From: Octopus vulgaris
Taxonomy: Eukaryota
DNA length: 64,000 nt
Reading direction: 5' to 3'
NCBI GenBank assembly: GCA_951406725.2
Contig: OX597828.1
Location: forward strand, 62,124,001-62,188,000
Part shown: positions 53,951 to 64,000 of the stretch, piece after piece
Position numbering within the stretch: the stretch's first letter is position 1
How the letters are laid out: the number at the start of each line of letters is the position of its first letter
The notes under the pieces: model-generated
Databases searched by the model: none
Seen by the model: only the letters and a program-made list of their open reading frames with translations
Told to the model about the DNA's origin: nothing
Made by a program: the position numbers and the translations under genes

Positions 53951-55013
53951 TATAACTTAGATGGTGCTTCTTTTTCGGACTTATGATTTACTGATGATAT
54001 CATACATATAATTGATGAAGGAAACGGAAAATTGATTTGATATGAATCTTTATTCAACACGACGATCGTTTCGACCCATCCTGCAACCTTCCCTTACGGG
54101 TAGGATACTGTGCATCTAGTTGTTTAAGTCCAGTTTTCAAGAATATAGGTTTATCTTTGAAATCGGCCTTTATTTTCCGAACAACCTAATATATTCAGCA
54201 TTGAGTTTATGGGCCCACTCTACCTGCTAGAAATAGCAGCTAAATTGTCCCCAAGCAACACTCTCATTGTCTTAAATACAGACACAATTTATATAATGCA
54301 ATCACGATATACGGCTTGAACATTTATGAGCATTGGCTTACTGTACAATCGATTGACTTGGCCATCAGGGGATATTAGTGTCCGTGATTAAAAGTTGATA
54401 ATCCAACACAGGAGCGGAAGGAACGGAACATGAGCCTATTATTACCAGAGAGGGGGATTTACAGTAAAGATGGGTTCGTCACCTAGATTAGTGGGGTCTG
54501 TAGCAAAAGTAACTGGGAAATCAACTCAGCAATCATACAAGGCAGAGTAGTAGAAAAAGTATCAAGACAGATTTCCTTGAGGTGATTAAATCTGATTGCT
54601 AGAAAAAGAAGCAAAAACTTCCCAAAAATCACAGCTTATATGTCTGCAAGAGGAAAGAGTAGATACTAGATAAAGTAATCTTAGATAAGCCATCTCTGAA
54701 GAAAAGTGAGATTTGTTATAGCTGGAAAGGTTTAAATATTGAACTTAAGTCCCAGTAAACATTGACAATAGAAGGTAGGTGATATGCTGGGCTTCGTCCA
54801 CAAACAGAGTTTTACGACTTGTTGATATTAATTCTAGAAGAACTTAATAACCGTTCGTTGCAAATCTATTCTACATATATTTCATAAACTTCATACTATA
54901 TATAAATAAGTGTACTGCATCCAGTCAGTTCAGTAAATGGCAAAAACACACTCACACACACATGAATAAACACAAACGTACGCACATGAACACTGACGTA
55001 TATTCTCATATTC

Positions 55014-55048
<35 letters not shown>

Positions 55049-55530
55049 TATACATATATATATACATATATATATATACACATGGTGTGTGTGTGTATGT
55101 GTGTGTGTGTCTAGTATGTATGAATGAATATGTGTGTGTAAATGCCACTGTTTAATTTTATTACCAGATGTATATTGCATATGTGTAATTACACACACAC
55201 ACACACTGTAAATAGATACTGCGCTATGCTTAAGTACACGTTAAGAATATATTTGAATGTTATTTCCATCAAATGAACCGTGTATGTGTATACATGTGTA
55301 CACCTATATTTATATGTGTATATAGGTACATGTGCACAAAGTGGCACATGCACGCACACACGTATACATATGCATACACACGGATGTGCATGTGTGTATT
55401 TATAAAAATATAAAAGCAAATCGCATGATGTATGATATGCACAACAAAGGGTTTTTTTAAAGGGTCAGTGTAAAAGAAACCCTGTGTGTGTGTGTGAGTG
55501 TATGTGTGTGTGTATATGTGTGTGTCTGTG

Positions 55531-55591
<61 letters not shown>

Positions 55592-56463
55592 AAATGCTAT
55601 CTTTCGTACGTTCTCGAACGCATTCACAAACACCAAAACGATGATTGCCGTTACATTTGCTGCTGCCTCCGCATCTACTTCAGCTGTTTACAGAGAAGAT
55701 GATGATGATGATGATGGTAGTGGTGGTGCTGCTGCTGGTGGTGGTGGTGGTGGTGGTGGTGGTGGTGGTGACGACAACGACGACATTAACAATGATGATG
55801 ATGACGACGGCGTCGATGACACTGATAGTGATGATGATGAAGGTGGTGATGGTGGTGGTGTTGTTGTTGTTGGTGGTGGTGGTGATGATGGTGGTGGTGG
55901 TGGTGGTGGTGGTGGTGTTTGTGCTGGTGGCAGTAATGCTGCTGCTGCTGCTGCTGATTATGATGATGATGATGATGATGATGATTATGTTGATGATGAT
56001 CATGAAAATGGCGACAGCGTCGGTGATGACATGTCGTAAATAAAGAGACGTACGAAGCTCAAATGTGTATTTAATATTTAAGCCGTTCTTCCGACAACAT
56101 ATTTCTACCATCTGGGGGCCGATGGAATGAGAAACCTCGCTAAGTCTTAATAAACAGTTTCAGTCTGTTAAAAAACAATCCCAGAATACTCAGCGAGTTG
56201 TTGAATGAAGTGTCGGGTGACACCTGGCGGTTGGTAAGGTCATCTCATTCATGTTGCCGAATTACAACACATCACCCTATACGTAATTAAATATGTTATG
56301 ATACACACACACACACACACACATGCATACATGCACTCTTACTCATTGTATATTATATGCATTCATACATATAAGTGTATGTATATTGTGATTCTATACA
56401 TGTATGTTTGCAAGTATATATATATATATATATATATATATACGTACGTATACACACACACAC

Positions 56464-56513
<50 letters not shown>

Positions 56514-57042
56514 TATATGTGTGTATACGTACGAAAGTATGTATGTACATATATATACACAAACACATATATATGTATATGTGCATGAACATATATATAC
56601 ATGCCGTACGTACATACATATGGTTCCGTCATTATATATTCATAAACATATTTAGTTTCTTTTCGTTTGTGAGTGTGTGTATGTGTGTGCACATATATAC
56701 AGACACATATGCACTAGCATATATGTATAAACATAAATATACATATATACATGCATAAATATGATATATATGTACACACAAATTCTCATAAATGAGCGTA
56801 TATACATATATATATATATACATGTACAGATAAACATCTACTTGCATATGCAATACGTATGTATGTGCTGTCTTCTACACATGTATATAACATATGTACA
56901 ATAGATAGCCTATAATTATATTTCCATACGCATAAACATACACACATACATAGTTTAAGCAACGCACACACACACACACACACACATGTATATGATTGTG
57001 TGTCTGTATACATATATATACTGTATATTTTTATATGCGTGT

Positions 57043-57085
<43 letters not shown>

Positions 57086-57184
57086 TATAAACATATACAC
57101 AACGTCTTCCTTTAATTAATAACCGGAAATATTTAATGAACAAGAAAAAAGATTGTGTGAGCTATTTCATAATAACAATAACGG

Positions 57185-57420
57185 TTTCAAATTTTAGGCG
57201 ACGGGGAAGGGACGATTACATCGACCCCCAGTGTACCCCTCGAATAGATGAAATGCAAAGTCAACCTCGGCGGAATTTGAACTCAGAACGTAAAGACAGC
57301 CGAAATAACGCTAAGCATTTTGCCCGGCAAGCTAACGATTCTGCCAGCTCTCCCTTTCATAATAATAAAGATGATGATAATAATAATGATAACAATAATA
57401 ATAATAATGATGATGATGAT

Positions 57421-57495
<75 letters not shown>

Positions 57496-57609
57496 CCTCT
57501 CTACAATAGGCACAAAGCCTGAAATTTGGGGGAGAGAACAGTCGATTACATCGAGCCCAATAGTCAACTGGTACTTATTATATCGAACCTAAAAGATGAA
57601 AGGCAAAGT
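57185..57609 (-). mobile_element. Two SINE A copies split by (AAT)n
   Basis: Family A core and tail motifs. Confidence 0.8.
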
Positions 57610-57874
57610 GTGTGTGTGTGTGTATGTGTGTGTGTAACAAGTTAAATGAATGGTCATCACACATTTTTCCTTTATTGGAGCAAATTTGGCTTACAGCTGT
57701 TTCCAGTCGTCGTTTTAGGTATGTTATTGTCATAAGATTACCTGGAATTCTTCACTAATCTAACTAAATATTGTTAGCCAGGTGTCCCCAACAGAGAGCG
57801 TCATAAGAAGCATTTTGCTCAGATTGATAATCACTCACTATTATGTGTATATATATATATATATATAATAGTGA

Positions 57875-57943
<69 letters not shown>

Positions 57944-58098
57944 TAACCCACGCTGGTGGAAAGGGGAGAGCAGAAATTCTTCGCTTGCATATTTTGAATT
58001 TGTTAGCACTGTCAGTTCGAGCGGATCTCAGGAGGTGATAAGAAGCCAAAAGGGTATGCTCCCACTTTCAGTGTTCCCAAATCCGAATCAAGGAGTTC

Positions 58099-58150
58099 TG
58101 AGCTGACGAAAGAAATGTCGATTTGACTAATCTAGAAACGTACGTTCTCA
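58099..58150 (+). ncRNA. Type I hammerhead ribozyme motif
   Basis: TGAG CTGACGA aAGA aatGTCgattTGACtaa TCTa GAAA CGTACG TT CTCA. Lies in a ~500-bp (TA)n-flanked unit, 57939-58437. Confidence 0.7.
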
Positions 58151-58433
58151 AATAACCTTTGCACTTGTGATTTTTTTAATGCTTTTACCCCCATACCTTC
58201 GTGAGTTGGTTTGAGCAAACACTATCTGAGAGAGATTTTCTTTAAGTATTAGAAATAGCTGAAAAAAATTTTTTTTAGCTGCTATTTCTAATGAGTTCAG
58301 TATGTGGCAAAGTAATTTATTTTACTAAGCCCTTTTATATAATGTAATATTTTGAATTCGCCTTAAATGGTCCCTTTACATACTGAATACTTGGTGAAAT
58401 TGATTAATAATTAATTAATTTTACCCTCAATTG

Positions 58434-58486
<53 letters not shown>

Positions 58487-58490
58487 TATG

Positions 58491-58523
<33 letters not shown>

Positions 58524-58871
58524 ATGCGAGTGTGTACATATATACATGCATGTATGTATGCATGTATATATGCATATATAAATGATATATATATATACAC
58601 ACATTTATATATAATATACATGTCTGCGTACGTGTAGATGTGTGGGGGCGGCGGCGGCCTGTAGTGCAGCATCGCCAGGAAACTTGCTTCACAACGGCGA
58701 GACCTCAAGTTGATGGCATCTTAGGTGAATATAACTTTGCATAGTCTCAGGTCGACCCAGACCTTGTGAAGGAAACAGGGAGAACGGTTTGGAAGCCCGT
58801 TAGGTGGGTTTACGTGCAAGTAAATAGTCTTGCTTTGTCGCTCAATACACCACACTTAAATTACCTATCGA

Positions 58872-58928
<57 letters not shown>

Positions 58929-58958
58929 CTATCTGTCTGTCTGTCTATTTATCTATCT

Positions 58959-59176
58959 AAATGTAATCACATGTGAATCGTTGGCGATTTTATTCCTCCG
59001 TCTTCCTTTCTATTGGACGTTCCTCTGTTTCTGAAGAAGAGTGTTGCTCGAAATGTTAAATCCTCTTTCTTTCCTTCCCTGAGCGTCAGCTAATATTTTA
59101 CAAGTACCACATCCTCGCGTTGTTTCTTTTTGTTTTGTGTTTGTCCCTCCTTTTATTTTTAGTGGGGGATTTACTA
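58959..59176 (+). mobile_element. ~210-bp hammerhead-bearing short element, copy 2
   Basis: Motif 59027-59061: GTTT CTGAAGA A GAGT gtt GCTC GAAA TG TT AAAT. Homologous to 2367-2580. Confidence 0.65.
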
Positions 59177-59623
59177 TAGATAGATATATATATATATATA
59201 TATACATACCATGTTTATATTGGCTATGTACCTATTTCTATCTCTCTATATCTCTATGTATGTATGTATATTATGTAGGAAAGATCCAACGACGTAATTA
59301 CAAAGTAGCCAAATGTCAATAAAGTGTCCCAGGAATCGATGATCACGCTTGTGTAGGAGTTAATCACGGTGAGAAATGAGACGTATTTAGGAGAACATAG
59401 GAAAAATTGAAAATGGGGACAAACGCTCAAGATGTTGTTAAATCATTTATATCTTCATATCATCGACATATGTTTCGATGGTTGCATTCAAAATACATCC
59501 GACAGGATGAATAATGTGGAGCAATGCATCAATCTCATCGGGGAGGGTACAAACAACAGTGTGCATCAATTAGACATTTTAACAGATGTAAGAAAATCCA
59601 ATATTGGTTCTTCTCTAATTCAT

Positions 59624-59681
<58 letters not shown>

Positions 59682-59686
<5 letters not shown>

Positions 59687-60372
59687 TAATATAGGATAAA
59701 ATTTTTCGAAAAAAATTTTATCAATGGCCAGCATATTAAAAAATACCTTTAAAGGTTAAATTTAGAAACAACTTATAAACAAGGGCAAAAGAAAGAATTT
59801 CTAATGCCAAGTATGCCGAAACTAGACACATCGTCCATAACCACGTAATTCATCACTATAAGCACGTGTCTCGAAGAAAGATGACAGAAATTTCTAAAAC
59901 AATCCGTTATTACCATATCGGACCCGATTTCAGAGTTAATTCATAAGAACCTTCTCTTCGTCAGTGATAAATGCGGCAAAGAAATAAATGAAATACTTAC
60001 TTATACCCATGGAAGAAGCAAACACTAACTCATGAGCACAATTAAGTACCCCAAATGCATCCAAAACAGAAATTCTCCTGCCCATTCGAGACACGTGCGA
60101 TTCGAACTGAAAAACTCTCATAGAGTGAGAGAGTCCGAAAGTGAACACTATTAAATTTACATCTAATATAGGATAAAAATTTTTGAAAAGAATTCTTATG
60201 AATTAACTCTGAAATTGGGTCCGATATGGTAATAACGGAATTTTTTAGAAATTTCTGTCAGCTTTCTTCGAAACACGTGCTTATAATGATGAATTATATG
60301 ATTATGGACGATGTGTCTAGTTTCGGCATACTTGGCAGTAGAATTTTTTCTTTTGCCCTTGTTTATAAGTTG
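59682..60372 (-). mobile_element. Solo Penelope-type pLTR with partial tandem and inverted copies
   Basis: Direct repeat 59682-59716 / 60160-60195. ~180-bp inverted repeat 59768-59949 / 60193-60372. TA-rich flanks. Confidence 0.75.
59916..59969 (-). ncRNA. Type I hammerhead ribozyme motif
   Basis: TATCa CTGACGA AGAG [18 nt] CTCT GAAA TCGGG TC cGATA. Confidence 0.7.
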
Positions 60373-60528
60373 TATATATATACACACATGGAAAAGTAAT
60401 TAGACACCATTATAATCATCAATATTTATTTAAATCTGAAATTATAAATTCAAATTATTTATTAATTGTTATAATGTGAATATTTAATATTTAGTAGATA
60501 TGCTCTTTGCATTTTTCAATGCAATGAT

Positions 60529-60567
<39 letters not shown>

Positions 60568-60572
<5 letters not shown>

Positions 60573-61192
60573 CCGGTGAATAAACTGAAAATAACACTGA
60601 CATCTCATTTCAACAGATATATTACCAAAATTACATAAAAATATCTTGAAATACTAAAGAGTAAATTTATTCAATAAAATCGCCATTGGCTGCAACCACA
60701 GCCTCCAGACAACTTCGGAATTTCCTGCAACTCTTGTTGCTAGACAGGGTTTTCCAGCAGCCACTCTCTTGACCCAGGGCAGTACTACCGCCTTTAGGCA
60801 CTTGATGTAGGCCTCCGTGTTGAGTCTGAGGCCGTGTGGGAAGATGAATTAAGGTTTAACATCGCCACCACGATCGATCACTCAAAACACCATAATGTGA
60901 CTGGATGTTTAATTTTTGTCACTCTCAGTACATGTTTTGAGGATAGGGCAAGCCAACGGTTGTTCTGTGTTTTTACCATATGTTCGTATTGGGGCGCTCG
61001 GAACGAATGCCAAGCAATACAGTATGTCATTTCTAAATTTCTGGCAGAGTGAATTGCATTATGGTACTGTTTTTCTCACAGACGGTGCCCAACTGACCTT
61101 ACTATATTGTGTATTCGACAAAATCAAGAACACGCAATACGCATATGTGAAACTAAAAATATAAAATGGCGACAATTTACTCATCACACCCT
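60568..61192 (-). mobile_element. Internally deleted Tc1/mariner-superfamily element
   Basis: Imperfect TIRs agggtccggtgaataaactg / caatttactcatcacaccctg. Minus-strand remnant FIFPHGLRLNTEAYIK. Confidence 0.5.
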
Positions 61193-62496
61193 GTGTATAT
61201 ATATATATATACATATACACACACACACATATATTTGTATGTATATGTATGTTGTATGTATGTATGTATGTACGTACGTATGTATGTATGTACATATGTA
61301 TGCATGTATGTACATATATGTATAACCTAAATAATGATATTTTGAAAGTATTTAAGGCGTACGTTTCAGATCATTACATGACATATAATAGGAAATGCGT
61401 TCTTTTAACCGAAGAAGGTTTTGCGTAGGGGGGGGGGGGGCTGTTTCCTATTTTATATCTTTTATAATATTTTATTTTACATAATGGTGTGAAATGTACA
61501 TATTAAATGCTTTCCATATACATATCATTTTGGCCAGCTATATGACCAGCTAATAGCCTCTCCTGACACCAGTTACACGGATTAGGAGTAGTTCGTTGTA
61601 TTTAGCTGGGGTCGAAAATCCTGATGCCTCGCATTGTTTCAAAGCTAAACACAAAATAAATATTTTTTTATTAATTCCAGTCAACGTCTAGCAGAGTCAG
61701 AAGGGAGAAAAAAAAACAAAGGCAAAAGGCAGAGACAGGCGAGGGAGCAATAAACACGATGTATTAGTTTGACACTCAGGAAAAATGGAAGAGTCTTTGA
61801 CGTTTCGTTCATTTGCGTTTCTAGTGAAAGGAATGAGAAGAAGAAAAAAAATCAGGTGAAGAGGGAGGACAAAATGGTAAGCGGAAAAATACAGGCTTGG
61901 GTTAACGGTTACACATGTTGAAGAAAAATAGAGGAGATATCTATGTATTTGACTTTGACAAACTGTCACGAACACCTTAACAATATTTCACACAGCCATT
62001 TTAGATTCATAGTCTTTTGGCTTCTACGCTTCATTATAGATAAGATTGCCAATCGCTAAAGTCTTACAAACAAATTAAAGAAGCTTGTTTGCACAAACTT
62101 GTCAAATCAGATAACGCTACACATATGCAGATGTTGAAACTACATTTTAGTGCTCCCACCGCCGAATTTCTTTCCATATAACTTGTAAAATAATGCATAT
62201 TTCTAATGATTGTTTTTTTTTCTTCAGAGATACATTTTCTAAGATGTAGATACGACTACGAAACCCACCCCCTTATTTTTTTAGGGAAGGAGAGGGAGTT
62301 CTTCGTTTCTTTCTTTCTTCATATTTGCAATGAATTTCTTGTCTTTCAAATAATTTCCTCCTGATATTGGCATGCAGATATTCTTGAAAAAGAAAACCTA
62401 AATTAATTTTAAGAAAATATATTCTACACACTTGGCATCGAGAAATCCGGATAACTCCGCATGTTGGTGCGAGTGTATATATATATATACATACAC

Positions 62497-62544
<48 letters not shown>

Positions 62545-62861
62545 GGGGAGGGGGTTATGAATAAATAAAGTAGTTATTTATATTCATATATACATACATT
62601 AAATATATGTATCTATATTTATATGTATGCGTATGTATAGATATATATGTGCATGTGTCTGTGTGTATATATATATGTGCGTATGTGTATGTGTATGTAT
62701 ATATATGTCTATATATATATATATACATGTATTTATCTGTGTATGCACATACATACATACACACACACATAAATACATATAGATACGTAATCTCACAAAG
62801 TGTATATAGATAGATATATACATACATACATACATACATATAGAGAGAGAGAGAGAGAGAG

Positions 62862-62926
<65 letters not shown>

Positions 62927-63314
62927 TGTACATTCATATATGCATGTATGCATATATGTATGTATATGTATGTTTGTAGATTTGTATGTATGTACGTATG
63001 TACGTGTGTGTATGTTTGTATGTTTATAGATATATCCCTGCATGTTACTAGAGTGTCACCTTGAAGTGAGAGAGTACAATACCCCGGTATTGCTACCCGA
63101 CTCTAACACAACCAGAAATCCATCCTAATGGTCCATCTGTGAAAAGCATCTCGTTAGGCCTGATGTGACCACCCTGGTGGAAGGTTCTAGAATGATCCAG
63201 TGGGTGCGATATATGATATATAGTAAACCGTGTATGAAAGAGGAGACATCAACGATATCACTTACATAGGGGTCGCTGCTGTTTGGAGTTCGGTAACAGG
63301 AGAGGTGACCTACT

Positions 63315-63347
<33 letters not shown>

Positions 63348-63894
63348 CGCGCATGCATATTTATGTGCATGCTTGAGTGTGTATATACAAGTATGCATGC
63401 ATGAGTGTGTTTTTGTGTGTGTGTTTGTATCATTATATGGATGTATGTATGTGTGCGTGAGTGTTTTTGTGTGCGTATATGTGTGTGTATGTGAGTATGT
63501 GTGTGTTTGTGCGTGTCTCTTATGTGTGTGTGCGTGAATGTCTCTTTTGTACGTATGTGTTTATAAGTGTCTCAGAGCGTCTGTATGTGTGTACGTTTGC
63601 GTGTGTTTCTACGTGTGTGTACGTGAGTCTGTGTGTCTGTGTGAGTATTTATGCACATGTTTGTGTATGTTTGTGCGTAAGGAAGGGGAGAAGAGAGTGC
63701 ATACGCGTGTGTGTGTATATGTGTGCGTGTGTGCGTGTGTATGTGTGTGTGTATGTGTGTGTATATGCGCTTGAAGCATGGCAACTGTCGTGTAAGGGAC
63801 AGACAGACAGACAGACAGACATAGAGAGACAGACAGACAGACTGACAGACAAACAGACAGGCAGACAGACAGACAGATAGACAGACAGACAGAC

Positions 63895-63964
<70 letters not shown>

Positions 63965-64000
63965 CTTTTTTATTGTGGCCACACAGGGCTAAACACAGAA

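Noticed and set aside
53992-54030. CTGATGA-tATCA...TGAT-GAAG as a hammerhead
   Set aside because: GAAA is not adjacent to stem II, and there is no NUH site or stem I.
55488-56039. Asp/Gly-rich 183-aa ORF
   Set aside because: It starts in (TG)n and consists of (GAT)n/(GGT)n repeats, with no splice or domain support.

Overview
This is eukaryotic, extremely microsatellite-rich DNA: (TA)n, (CA)n, (TATG)n, (GATA)n, (AAT)n, (CAC)n. Its repeat and SINE content suggests a coleoid cephalopod, probably Octopus (inference). No intact, recognisable host gene is present, and most entries in the ORF track are translations of microsatellites. The non-microsatellite sequence is mostly decayed mobile elements: an RTE LINE with a PHD-like finger, a Helitron-like element, a mariner, an IR/DR Tc1, several R4/Dong-type RLE LINEs, two Penelope-like GIY-YIG retroelements, a Gypsy relic with three nested insertions (each with a TSD), an ORF1-only L1/Tx1-like element, and many tRNA-derived SINEs. 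The most striking signal is about 15 type I hammerhead-ribozyme-like motifs from roughly a dozen unrelated short units, found by eye. About 7 have a canonical CUGANGA...GAAA core; the rest are variant or degraded. Most have short, family-specific palindromic stem III sequences and sit in (TA)n-embedded Penelope pseudo-LTR or retrozyme-like units. One is a 149-bp insertion with a 12-bp TSD. All structures were folded by eye and need computational and biochemical confirmation.
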